Source: Eledone cirrhosa
Taxonomy: Eukaryota
Direction: 5' to 3'
Length of the DNA: 64,000 nt
Assembly (NCBI GenBank): GCA_964016885.1
Contig: OZ024741.1
Location: forward strand, 404,054,001-404,118,000
Below, piece after piece: positions 25,350 to 38,000 of this stretch (its first letter is position 1; each line of letters opens with the position of its first letter). Both the position numbers and the translations under genes were made by a program. The notes under the pieces are model-generated. The model saw only the letters and a list, made by a program, of their open reading frames with translations. It ran no database searches and was not told the origin of the DNA.

Positions 25350-25841
25350 CATGAATATATCTACATATATCCTTGAATTAGGACAAAATAATCCGAATGG
25401 ATTATATTGATTCAGTATCAGAGCTATATAATACATTATAAAGAGTGAAGAAACATTAGATATAATTAATAAGATATACCATACCCAAATTCCTTCTTTA
25501 CTCTTCGACTACGTAGTTTCGTGGCATATTATGCTAAAACAATAGAATTTTTGTGAGGTCTGCCGACTTATCAAAAAGACACCTCATTAAGAGTTTCAAA
25601 ACACGTCCGTAGGACGCGAGATAGAATCCCGAAAGGCGGAGGGGGAGTCAATCACATGATACAGTGGTCAAGAAACAGAGCTAAGCCTCTTACAACCATG
25701 AAAAAAATGCCACGGGGACGGAGGGGGTACTTATATCAACGCCGTAGAACCCATTCGGATTATTTTGTCCCAGTTATTCATAGAGCAACATCGGTTTAGG
25801 TTGGCACCTCTAATTCAAGGATATATGAGGATATATTCATG
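25350..25841. mobile_element. Inverted-repeat element (MITE-like or fold-back) enclosing a hammerhead-bearing pLTR
   Basis: 25350-25400 matches the reverse complement of 25751-25841, apart from a ~39-nt insertion in the right arm. Confidence 0.55.
25502..25579 (-). ncRNA. Type I hammerhead with U3:A8 variant core (second, unrelated family)
   Basis: UCUUU-UUGAUAA-GUCGGCA...UGCCAC-GAA-ACUACGUAGU-C-GAAGA; 10-nt palindromic stem III and GUC triplet. Confidence 0.72.
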
Positions 25842-25873
25842 TATATGTATGTATAGGAGTTGTCACCTCGGCG

Positions 25874-27452
25874 TTGTGGGGAGCATTGAACATCACCAAT
25901 AACCTGGTTAAAAACATCTCCCTCCGCATATCTCGTTTGTCAGCTAATGAGCAGATATTCGAGGAACATGCGCCTTACTACAACCAGGCCCTCAAGCGGC
26001 GTGGTTTCCGGGAGGAAATATCCTACTGTCCAGCTTCCATTAGCGGAACCAGCAGGCGACACCGCCGCTCATGCAACGTAACATGGTTCAATCCTCCCCA
26101 CAACGCCGAGGTGACAACTCCTATCGGGAAAATCTTCTTTAGGCTCATTGAAATACACTTCCCACTATAACACAGCTACCACAACATAATTAACAAAAAT
26201 ACCATCAAACTCTCCTACAGCACCACACCAAACTTTGCACAAAACATCGTTTCCTCTAACAACAAAAAACTCAACCCCCATGGAAGAAATAACCGAAATA
26301 GCAGTGGAGAGCCGACCAGGAGGTGCAACTGTCCTGATGGATCCATTTGTCGTCGTCCTTTTACTTTCTCGCCCACCCGAAGCAGCCCCTCGGTCCCTTG
26401 TAGCCTCAGTACCACCACCCCCTTCCCCTAAGCTATGATAGATTTGGCCGACTCCGCTTTTTATAGCAGATGTGTTAGACCCCGGATACTAGCCTTCTTA
26501 TCCGATGGCCACACCTTTTCCGTACTTTCTATATTTCTTAGTGGTATTTTTGCTTTAATTTCTCCTATATCAGTATTTATTTTTTTTTTTTTTGGGGGGT
26601 GGGTTTGAATTAATTTTCCGTATCAAATTTTACATATACTTCGTACGAGCATTTATGTAGTTTACACTAGAATTTTTGTAGCGTGGCGGCACCCTTAGAG
26701 ATAGTATTAGTTTTTTTTTTCGGGATTCTGAATTATTATTTCGTATTAGTTTTTTTTTTTTTTTTTGCACTGGGTGGTTGCTGGCCTGGCGCCTGTGGTA
26801 GAAACCTTTATTTCGTACTGGTCTCGGGACTCTGATTTATTATTTCGTGGTAGTTTCTTTAGTATGCCCCCCCCCCCACCACTTGTTGACCCGCCACCGT
26901 AAGATATATTAGGTTGTTTACTTATACCTCTTAAAAGGGTCTCATTATAATTCCGTCCCACCTAGTAAACCTTTCTTTAGTCTAGCAGTACCAGTGAGAG
27001 ACCTGATAGCTGTCCTTAGGTTATAGTAACCAGAAATTGTTTTTTTCTTTACACTTAATTGTTTTTTAACACTCCCGGTATTTTTCTATATATTTACCCC
27101 ATATTGTTTTACGTATTGTTTCGACTTCCCCCCCCCCCCCTAGTATATTCTTTGACCTCCTGCCCAGCCGTAGTTGGCACTATCAACGCACGACTGGGTT
27201 TCTTCCACCCCCTCTCCCTCTTTCTTCTACTGGCAGGTTCAGCTACCCCTTCCCTCTACAAATTGCCATGATAGAATTATTATGTCTCAACAACAAACTT
27301 TTGACCAATCCTTGTGACAATCACTTTTACCATATATGGAATTACCCCCTGAGAAGCTCGGCTATTCAAATACCAGGATAAAAATGTTCATTTAGTCCAG
27401 AATTAGCCGTCGAAACGGCTTGAGCTCAGCCGTCGGGGTCCTACTCGTTCCT
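25874..27452 (+). mobile_element. WFNPP-type PLE fragment (RT thumb and linker), endonuclease lost, followed by 3' region and pLTR
   Basis: ISRLSANEQIF..YYNQALKRRGF..VTWFNPPHN..IGKIFFRLIEIHFP*HSYHNIINKNTIKLSYSTTPN..RCNCPDGSIC; coding similarity ends at ~26350; hammerhead at 27344-27439. Confidence 0.8.
27344..27439 (+). ncRNA. Type I hammerhead with long stem III and large loop II; core slightly degenerate
   Basis: ACCCC-CUGAGAA-GCUCGGCUAUUC...GAAUUAGCCGUC-GAA-ACGGCU-UGAGCUC-AGCCGU-C-GGGGU. Confidence 0.7.
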
Positions 27453-27557
27453 ATATATATATATATATATCGTGGGTGATTGGGAGTATGTATAAATGTT
27501 TACACAGACATATATACACACACATATATATATATATGTGTGTCTGTATGTGTGTTT

Positions 27558-27840
27558 GAAGGTACGTGGTTCTATCGTTAGAGTATTCGGCTCAGAATCA
27601 TCAGAGCATGAGTTCAATTCGTGGCAGCACATTTCGTCCTTGAGCAAGACACTATATTTCATGTTGCTCCAGTTCAATCACCTGTAATTCTAAATACCAG
27701 CCTTGCCATTCTGAATCATCCTGAGAACCATGTTAAAAGTGTCTGTGGAATACTCAGCCACTTGAACGTTGCTTTCAAGAGGAGGCTCATACCGTTATTT
27801 TATTACCTGGAACAGTCTACGAAGTAACCGTGGTTGTGTT
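27558..27840 (+). mobile_element. tRNA-derived SINE with V/CORE-like central motif, decayed
   Basis: A-box-like tggttctatcgtt, B-box-like gagttcaattc, then gtccttgagcaagacact..ttgctccagttcaatcacctg; similar to the minus-strand copy at 62400-62533. Confidence 0.65.
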
Positions 27841-27979
27841 GAATGTTTCATGTATATTTGTATACACGTAGATAATATATATATCTTTATATATATATAT
27901 ATATATATGTATTTGTTATTGTTTCTGGCAATATTATTAAAACAATATGACCCTCCACAAGTATAACAATATATATATG

Positions 27980-28138
<159 letters not shown>

Positions 28139-28170
28139 ATACACACATACATACATATATATATTTATAT

Positions 28171-28205
<35 letters not shown>

Positions 28206-28235
28206 CATATATGTATAGATATATACATATGTATG

Positions 28236-28270
<35 letters not shown>

Positions 28271-28284
28271 GTATGTGTGTGTAT

Positions 28285-28350
<66 letters not shown>

Positions 28351-28509
28351 TAGATGAATAAGTTAGGTATAAGATATATATATGGTGGTGTGAGCGTGTA
28401 TGTGTGTGTATGTGCGTGTGTGTATATACAGTATATATATATGTTTAGCAAACTTGATATATAGAGACAAGAGGAGAGAAGTTTGCAATTACTGCTGTAT
28501 AATGCAAAA

Positions 28510-28863
28510 TTACACCATCCCTACCATCCCTACCACCACTACCACCACTACCACCTCTACCACCACTACCACCACTACCACCACTACCACCACTACCACC
28601 ACTACCACCCCTACCACCAGTACCACCCCTGCCACCACTACCACCAATATCACCACTTCTCATCTATCTCTCTTTTACTCTTCTCTTACTCCCCCACTCT
28701 TATCTCTCTATCATTTATTACTCCCCCTCTCTCTCACACACTCCAGTCTCTCCCCCTCTCTCTCTCACACACTCCTGCCTCTCTCTCTCTCTACTCAGCC
28801 TCTTACTATCTCTCTCTCTCTCTCTTACACACTCCTGTATCTCTCTCTCGTCTCTCAGCTTCT

Positions 28864-28931
<68 letters not shown>

Positions 28932-28965
28932 CAAACTCCCCAGCTCTCTCTCTCTCTTCTCTCAG
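28510..28965. repeat. (ACC/ACT)n then (CT)n low-complexity tract
   Basis: Direct observation. Confidence 0.9.
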
Positions 28966-29046
28966 CTCTGTTTCAAATATTATGTATTTGAAGGTGACCC
29001 ACAGTTTAATCAATGGGCAGCTGTCTGCAGTGGACTTAATTATTGA
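28966..29046 (+). CDS. Candidate terminal coding exon (LCFKYYVFEGDPQFNQWAAVCSGLNY*)
   Basis: Follows a long pyrimidine tract ending ttctctcag; 26 non-repetitive codons then TGA. No homology recognised. Confidence 0.3.
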   Translation, partial: LCFKYYVFEGDPQFNQWAAVCSGLNY

Positions 29047-29056
29047 AAGTAAATAC

Positions 29057-32000
29057 GTTAACCAAGTGGTGCTACTAGCCACTAGCCGGTGTCAGGGCTA
29101 CACACACCAGTTAGCCAAGTGGTGCTACTAGCCACTAGGCGGTGTCAGGGCTACACACACCAGTTAGCCAAGTGGTGCTACTAGCCACTAGCCGGTGTAA
29201 GGGCTACACACACCAGTTAGCCAAGTGGTGCCACTAGCCACTAGCCGGTGTCAGGGCTACACACACCAGTTAGCCAAGTGGTGCCACTAGCCACTAGCCG
29301 GTGTCAGGGCTACACACACCAGTTAGCCAAGTGGTGCTACTAGCCACTAGCCGGTGTCAGGGCTACACACACCAGTTAGCCAAGTGGTGCCACTAGCCAC
29401 TAGCCGGTGTCAGGGCTACACACACCAGTTAGCCAAGTGGTGCCACTAGCCACTAGCCGGTGTCAGGGCTACACACACCAGTCAGCCAAATGGTGCCACT
29501 AGCCACTAGCCGGTGTCAGGGCTACACACACCAGTTAGCCAAGTGGTGCCACTAGCCGGTGTAAGGGCTACACAGACCAGTTAGCCAAGTGGTGCCACTA
29601 GCCACTAGCCGGTGTAAGGGCTACACACACCAGTCAGCCAAGTGGTGCCACTAGCCACTAGCCGGTGTAAGGGCTACACACACCAGTTAGCCAAGTGGTG
29701 CTACTAGCCGGTGTCAGGGCTACACACACCAGTTAGCCAAGTGGTGCCACTAGCCGGTGTAAGGGCTACACAGACCAGTTAGCCAAGTGGTGCCACTAGC
29801 CACTAGCCGGTGTAAGGGCTACACACACCAGTCAGCCAAGTGGTGCCACTAGCCACTAGCCGGTGTAAGGGCTACACACACCAGTTAGCCAAGTGGTGCT
29901 ACTAGCCGGTGTAAGGGCTACACACACCAGTCAGCCAAGTGGTGCCACTAGCCACTAGCCGGTGTCAGGGCTACACACACCAGTCAGCCAAGTGGTGCTA
30001 CTAGCTGGTGTCAGGGCTACACACACCAGTCAGCCAAGTGGTGCCACTAGCCACTAGCCGGTGTCAGGGCTACACACACCAGTCAGCCAAGTGGTGCCAC
30101 TAGCCACTAGCCGGTGTCAGGGCTACACACACCAGTTAGCCAAGTGGTGCCACTAGCTGGTGTCAGGGCTACACACACCAGTTAGCCAAGTGGTGCTACT
30201 AGCCGGTGTCAGGGCTACACACACCAGTTAGCCAAGTGGTGCCACTAGCCACTAGCCGGTGTCAGGGCTACACACACCAGTTAGCCAAGTGGTGCCACTA
30301 GCCACTAGCCGGTGACAGGGCTACACACACCAGTCAGCCAAGTGGTGCCACTAGCCACTAGCCGGTGTAAGGGCTACACACACCAGTTAGCCAAGTGGTG
30401 CCACTAGCCGGTGTAAGGGCTACACACACCAGTTAGCCAAGTGGTGCCACTAGCCACTAGCCGGTGTAAGGGCTACACACACCAGTTAGCCAAGTGGTGC
30501 CACTAACTGGTGTCAGGGCTACACACACCAGTTAGCCAAGTGGTGCTAATAGCCGGTGTCAGGGCTACACACACCAGTTAGCCAAGTGGTGCTACTAACC
30601 GGTGTCAGGGCTACACACACCAGTTAGCCAAGTGGTGCTAATAGCCGGTGTCAGGGCTACACACACCAGTTAGCCAAGTGGTGCTACTAACCGGTGTCAG
30701 GGCTACACACACCAGTTAGCCAAGTGGTGCTAATAGCCGGTGTCAGGGCTACACACACCAGTTAGCCAAGTGGTGCTACTAACCGGTGTCAGGGCTACAC
30801 ACACCAGTTAGCCAAGTGGTGCTACTAGCCGGTTTCAGGGCTACACACACCAGTTAGCCAAGTTGTGCCACTAGCCGGTGTCAGGGCTACACACACCAGT
30901 TAGCCAAGTGGTGCCACTAGCCGGTGTAAGGGCTACACACACCAGTTAGCCAAGTGGTGCTACTAGCTGGTGTCAGGGCTACACACACCAGTTATCCAAG
31001 TGGTGCTACTAGCCGGTGTCAGGGCTACACACACCAGTTAGCCAAGTGGTGCCACTAGCTGGTGTCAGGGCTACACACACCAGTTAGCCAAGTGGTGCTA
31101 CTAGCCGGTGTAAGGGCTACACACACCAGTTAGCCAAGTGGTGCTACTAGCCGGTGTAAGGGCTACACACACCAGTTAGCCAAGTGGTGCCACTAGCCGG
31201 TGTAAGGGCTACACACACCAGTTAGCCAAGTGGTGCTACTAGCCGGTGTCAGGGCTACACACACCAGTTAGCCAAGTGGTGCCACTAGCTGGTGTCAGGG
31301 CTACACACACCAGTTAGCCAAGTGGTGCTACTAGCCGGTGTAAGGGCTACACACACCAGTTAGCCAAGTGGTGCTACTAGCCGGTGTCAGGGCTACACAC
31401 ACCAGTTAGCCAAGTGGTGCTACTAGCCGGTGTAAGGGCTACACACACCAGTTAGCCAAGTGGTGCTACTAGCCGGTGTAAGGGCTACACACACCAGTTA
31501 GCCAAGTGGTGCCACTAGCCGGTGTAAGGGCTACACACACCAGTTAGCCAAGTGGTGCTACTAGCCGGTGTCAGGGCTACACACACCAGTTAGCCAAGTG
31601 GTGCCACTAGCTGGTGTCAGGGCTACACACACCAGTTAGCCAAGTGGTGCTACTAGCTGGTGTCAGGGCTACACACACCAGTTAGCCAAGTGGTGCCACT
31701 AGCCGGTGTCAGGGCTACACACACCAGTTAGCCAAGTGGTGCCACTAGCCACTAGCCGGTGTCAGGGCTACACACACCAGTTAGCCAAGTTGTGCCACTA
31801 GCCACTAGCCGGTGTAAGGGCTACACACACCAGTTAGCCAAGTTGTGCCACTAGCCTCTAGCCGGTGTAAGGGCTACACACACCAGTTAGCCAAGTGGTG
31901 CCACTAGCCACTAGCCGGTGTCAGGGCTACACACACCAGTTAGCCAAGTGGTGCCACTAGCCACTAGCCGGTGTCAGGGCTACACACACCAGTTAGCCAA

Positions 32001-35000
32001 GTGGTGCCACTAGCCGGTGTAAGGGCTACACACACCAGTTAGCCAAGTGGTGCCACTAGCCGGTGTAAGGGCTACACACACCAGTTAGCCAAGTGGTGCC
32101 ACTAGCCGGTGTAAGGGCTACACACACCAGTTAGCCAAGTGGTGCCACTAGCCACTAGCCGGTGTCAGGTCTACACACACCAGTTAGCCAAGTGGTGCCA
32201 CTAGCCGGTGTAAGGGCTACACACACCAGTTAGCCAAGTGGTGCCACTAGCCACTAGCCGGTGTCAGGGCTACACACACCAGTTAGCCAAGTGGTGCCAC
32301 TAGCCAGTAGCCGGTGTCAGGGCTACACACACCAGTTAGACAAGTGGTGCCACTAGCCGGTGTCAGGGCTACACACACCAGTTAGCCAAGTGGTGCTACT
32401 AGCCACTAGTCGGTGTCAGGGCTACACACACCAGTTAGCCAAGTGGTGCCACTAGCCGGTGTAAGGGCTACACACACCAGTTAGCCAAGTGGTGCCACTA
32501 GCCACTAGCCGGTGTAAGGGCTACACACACCAGTTAGCCAAGTGGTGCCACTAGCCGGTGTCAGGGCTACACACACCAGTTAGCCAAGTGGTGCCACTAG
32601 CCACTAGCCGGTGTAAGGGCTACACACACCAGTTAGCCAAGTGGTGCCACTAGCCACTAGCCGGTGTAAGGGCTACACACACCAGTTAGACAAGTGGTGC
32701 CACTAGCCAATAGCCGGTGTAAGGGCTACACACACCAGTTAGCCAAGTGGTGCCACTAGCCACTAGGCGGTGTAAGGGCTACACACACCATTTAGCCAAA
32801 TGGTGCCACTAGCCACTAGCCGGTGTAAGGGCTACACACAGCAGTTAGCCAAGTGGTGCCACTAGCCACTAGGCGGTGTAAGGGCTACACACACCAGTTA
32901 GCCAAGTGGTGCCACTAGCCACTAGCCGGTGTAAGGGCTACACACACCAGTTAGCCAAGTGGTGCCACTAGCCACTAGCCGGTGTCAGGGCTACACACAC
33001 CAGTTAGACAAGTGGTGCCACTAGCCACTAGGCGGTGTAAGGGCTACACACACCAGTTAGCCAAGTGGTGCCACTAGCCACTAGCCGGTGTAAGGGCTAC
33101 ACACACCAGTTAGACAAGTGGTGCCACTAGCCACTAGGCGGTGTAAGGGCTACACACACCAGTTAGCCAAGTGGTGCCACTAGCCACTAGCCGGTGTCAG
33201 GGCTACACACACCAGTTAGCCAAGTGGTGCTACTAACTGGTGTCAGGGCTACACACACCAGTTAGCCAAGTGGTGCCACTAGCCACTAGCCGGTGTCAGG
33301 GCTACACACACCAGTTAGACAAGTGGTGCCACTAGCCACTAGGCGGTGTTAGGGCTACACACACCAGTTAGCCAAGTGGTGCCACTAGCCACTAGCCGGT
33401 GTCAGGGCTACACACACCAGTTAGCCAAGTGGTGCTACTAACTGGTGTCAGGGCTACACACACCAGTTAGCCAAGTGGTGCCACTAGCCGGTGTAAGGGC
33501 TACACACACCAGTTAGTCAAGTGGAGCTACTAACTGGTGTCAGGGCTACACACACCAGTTAGCCAAGTGGTGCCACTAGCCACTAGGCGGTGTAAGGGCT
33601 ACACACACCAGTTAGCCAAGTGGTGCTACTAGCCGGTGTCAGGGCTACACACACCAGTTAGCCAAGTGGTGCCACTAGCCGGTGTAAGGGCTACACACAC
33701 CAGTCAGCCAAGTGGTGCTACTAGCCGGTGTCAGGGCTACACACACCAGTTAGCCAAGTGGTGCCACTAGCCGGTGTAAGGGCTACACACACCAGTTAGC
33801 CAAGTGGTGCTACTAGCCGGTGTAAGGGCTACACACACCAGTTAGCCAAGTGGTGCCACTAGCCGGTGTAAGGGCTACACACACCAGTTAGCCAAGTGGT
33901 GCTACTAGCCGGTGTCAGGGCTACACACACCAGTTAGCCAAGTGGTGCCACTAGCCGGTGTAAGGGCTACACACACCAGTTAGCCAAGTGGTGCTACTAG
34001 CCGGTGTAAGGGCTACACACACCAGTTAGCCAAGTGGTGCCACTAGCCGGTGTAAGGGCTACACACACCAGTTAGCCAAGTGGTGCTACTAGCCGGTGTC
34101 AGGGCTACACACACCAGTTAGCCAAGTGGTGCCACTAGCCGGTGTAAGGGCTACACACACCAGTTAGCCAAGTGGTGCCACTAGCCGGTGTCAGGGCTAC
34201 ACACACCAGTTAGCCAAGTGGTGCTACTAGCCGGTGTCAGGGCTACACACACCAGTTAGCCAAGTGGTGCCACTAGCCACTAGCCGGTGTAAGGGCTACA
34301 CACACCAGTTAGCCAAGTGGTGCCACTAGCCGGTGTCAGGGCTACACACACCAGTTAGCCAAGTGGTGCCACTAGCCGGTGTCAGGGCTACACACACCAG
34401 TTAGCCAAGTGGTGCTACTAGCCGGTGTCAGGGCTACACACACCAGTTAGCCAAGTGGTGCCACTAGCCACTAGCCGGTGTAAGGGCTACACACACCAGT
34501 TAGCCAAGTGGTGCCACTAGCCACTAGCCGGTGTCAGGGCTACACACACCAGTCAGCCAAGTGGTGCCACTAGCCACTAGCCGGTGTCAGGGCTACACAC
34601 ACCAGTTAGCCAAGTGGTGCCACTAGCCACTAGCCGGTGTCAGGGCTACACACACCAGTTAGCCAAGTGGTGCCACTAGCCACTAGCCGGTGTCAGGGCT
34701 ACACACACCAGTTAGCCAAGTGGTGCCACTAGCCGGTGTCAGGGCTACACACACCAGTCAGCCAAGTGGTGCCACTAGCCACTAGCCGGTGTCAGGGCTA
34801 CACACACCAGTTAGCCAAGTGGTGCCACTAGCCGGTGTCAGGGCTACACACACCAGTTAGCCAAGTGGTGCCACTAGCCACTAGCCGGTGTAAGGGCTAC
34901 ACACACCAGTTAGCCAAGTGGTGCCACTAGCCACTAGCCGGTGTCAGGGCTACACACACCAGTCAGCCAAGTGGTGCCACTAGCCACTAGCCGGTGTCAG

Positions 35001-38000
35001 GGCTACACACACCAGTTAGCCAAGTGGTGCCACTAGCCACTAGCCGGTGTCAGGGCTACACACACCAGTTAGCCAAGTGGTGCCACTAGCCGGTGTCAGG
35101 GCTACACACACCAGTCAGCCAAGTGGTGCCACTAGCCACTAGCCGGTGTCAGGGCTACACACACCAGTTAGCCAAGTGGTGCCACTAGCCGGTGTCAGGG
35201 CTACACACACCAGTTAGCCAAGTGGTGCTACTAGCCACTAGCCGGTGTAAGGGCTACACACACCAGTTAGCCAAGTGGTGCCACTAGCCACTAGCCGGTG
35301 TAAGGGCTACACACACCAGTTAGCCAAGTGGTGCCACTAGCCGGTGTCAGGGCTACACACACCAGTTAGCCAAGTGGTGCCACTAGCCACTAGGCGGTGT
35401 AAGGGCTACACACACCAGTTAGCCAAGTGGTGCCACTAGCCACTAGCCGGTGTCAGGGCTACACACACCAGTTAGCCAAGTGGTGCCACTAGCCACTAGC
35501 CGGTGTCAGGGCTACACACACCAGTTAGCCAAGTGGTGCCACTAGCCGGTGTAAGGGCTACACACACCAGTTAGCCAAGTGGTGCTACTAGCCACTAGCC
35601 GGTGTCAGGGCTACACACACCAGTTAGCCAAGTGGTGCTACTAGCCACTAGCCGGTGTCAGGGCTACACACACCAGTTAGCCAAGTGGTGCTACTAGCCA
35701 CTAGCCGGTGTCAGGGCTACACACACCAGTCAGCCAAGTGGTGCCACTAGACACTAGCCGGTGTCAGGGCTACACACACCAGTTAACCAAGTGGTGCTAC
35801 TAGCCGGTGTCAGGTCTACACACACCAGTTAACCAAGTGGTGCTACTAGCCACTAGCCGGTGTCAGGGCTACACACACCAGTCAGCCAAGTGGTGCCACT
35901 AGACACTAGCCGGTGTCAGGGCTACACACACCAGTCAGCCAAGTGGTGCCACTAGCCACTAGCCGGTGTCAGGGCTACACACACCAGTCAACCAAGTGGT
36001 GCCACTAGCCGGTGTAAGGGCTACACACACCAGTCAGTCAAGTGGTGCCACTAGCCACTAGCCGGTGTCAGGGCTACACACACCAGTCAGCCAAGTGGTG
36101 CCACTAGCCGGTGTAAGGGCTACACACACCAGTTAGCCAAGTGGTGCCACTAGCCACTAGCCGGTGTCAGGGCTACACACAACAGTCAGCCAAGTGGTCC
36201 CACTAGCCGGTGTAAGGGCTACACACACCAGTCAGCCAAGTGGTGCCACTAGCCGGTGTAAGGGCTACACACACCAGTCAGCCAAGTGGAGCTACTAGCT
36301 GGTGTCAGGGCTACACACACCAGTTAGCCAAGTGGTGCTACTAGCCGGTGTAAGGGCTACACACACCAGTTAGCCAAGTGGTGCCACTAGCCGGTGTAAG
36401 GGCTACACACACCAGTTAGCCAAGTGGTGCCACTAGGTGGTGTCAGGGCTACACACACCAGTCAGCCAAGTGGAGCTACTAGCTGGTGTCAGGGCTACAC
36501 ACACCAGTTAGCCAAGTGGTGCTACTAGCCGGTGTAAGGGCTACACACACCAGTTAGCCAAGTGGTGCTACTAGCCACTAGTCGGTGTAAGGGCTACACA
36601 CACCAGTTAGCCAAGTGGTGCCACTAGCCGGTGTAAGGGCTACACACACCAGTTAGCCAAGTGGTGCCACTAGCCGGTGTCAGGGCTACACACACCAGTT
36701 AGCCAAGTGGTGCCACTAGCCACTAGCCGGTGTAAGGGCTACACACACCAGTTAGCCAAGTGGTGCCACTAGCCACTAGCCGGTGTAAGGGCTACACACA
36801 CCAGTTAGCCAAGTGGTGCCACTAGCCACTAGCCGGTGTAAGGGCTACACACACCAGTTAGCCAAGTGGTGCCACTAGCCACTAGCCGGTGTAAGGGCTA
36901 CACACACCAGTTAGCCAAGTGGTGCCACTAGCCACTAGCCGGTGTAAGGGCTACACACACCAGTTAGCCAAGTGGTGCCACTAGCCACTAGCCGGTGTCA
37001 GGGCTACACACACCAGTCAGCCAAGTGGTGCCACTAGCCACTAGCCGGTGTCAGGGCTACACACACCAGTTAGCCAAGTGGTGCCACTAGCCGGTGTAAG
37101 GGCTACACACACCAGTTAGCCAAGTGGTGCCACTAGCCGGTGTAAGGGCTACACACACCAGTCAGCCAAGTGGTGCCACTAGCCACTAGCCGGTGTAAGG
37201 GCTACACACACCAGTTAGCCAAGTGGTGCCACTAGCCGGTGTAAGGGCTACACACACCAGTCAGCCAAGTGGTGCTACTAGCCGGTGTCAGGGCTACACA
37301 TACCAGTTAACCAAGTGGTGCCACTAGCCACTAGCCGGTGTCAAGGCTACACACACCAGTTAGCCAAGTGGTGCCACTAGCCGGTGTAAGGGCTACACAC
37401 ACCAGTTAGCCAAGTGGTGCCACTAGCCGGTGTAAGGGCTACACACACCAGTTAGCCAAGTGGTGCCACTAGCCGGTGTCAGGGCTACACACACCAGTCA
37501 GCCAAGTGGTGCCACTAGCCGGTGTCAGGGCTACACACACCAGTTAGCCAAGTGGTGCTACTAGCTGGTGTCAGGGCTACACACACCAGTTAGCCAAGTG
37601 GTGCTACTAGCCACTAGCCGGTGTAAGGGCTACACACACCAGTCAGCCATGTGGTGCCACTAGCCACTAGCCGGTGTAAGGGCTACACACACCAGTCAGC
37701 CAAGTGGTGCTACTAGCCACTAGCCGGTGTAAGGGCTACACACACCAGTTAGCCAAGTGGTGCCACTAGCCACTAGCCGGTGTAAGGGCTACACACACCA
37801 GTCAGCCAAGTGTTGCCACTAGCCACTAGCCGGTGTAAGGGCTACACACACCAGTTAGCCAAGTGGTGCCACTAGCCACTAGCCGGTGTAAGGGCTACAC
37901 ACACCAGTTAGCCAAGTGGTGCCACTAGCCGGTGTAAGGGCTACACACACCAGTTAGCCAAGTGGTGCCACTAGCCACTAGGCGGTGTAAGGGCTACACA

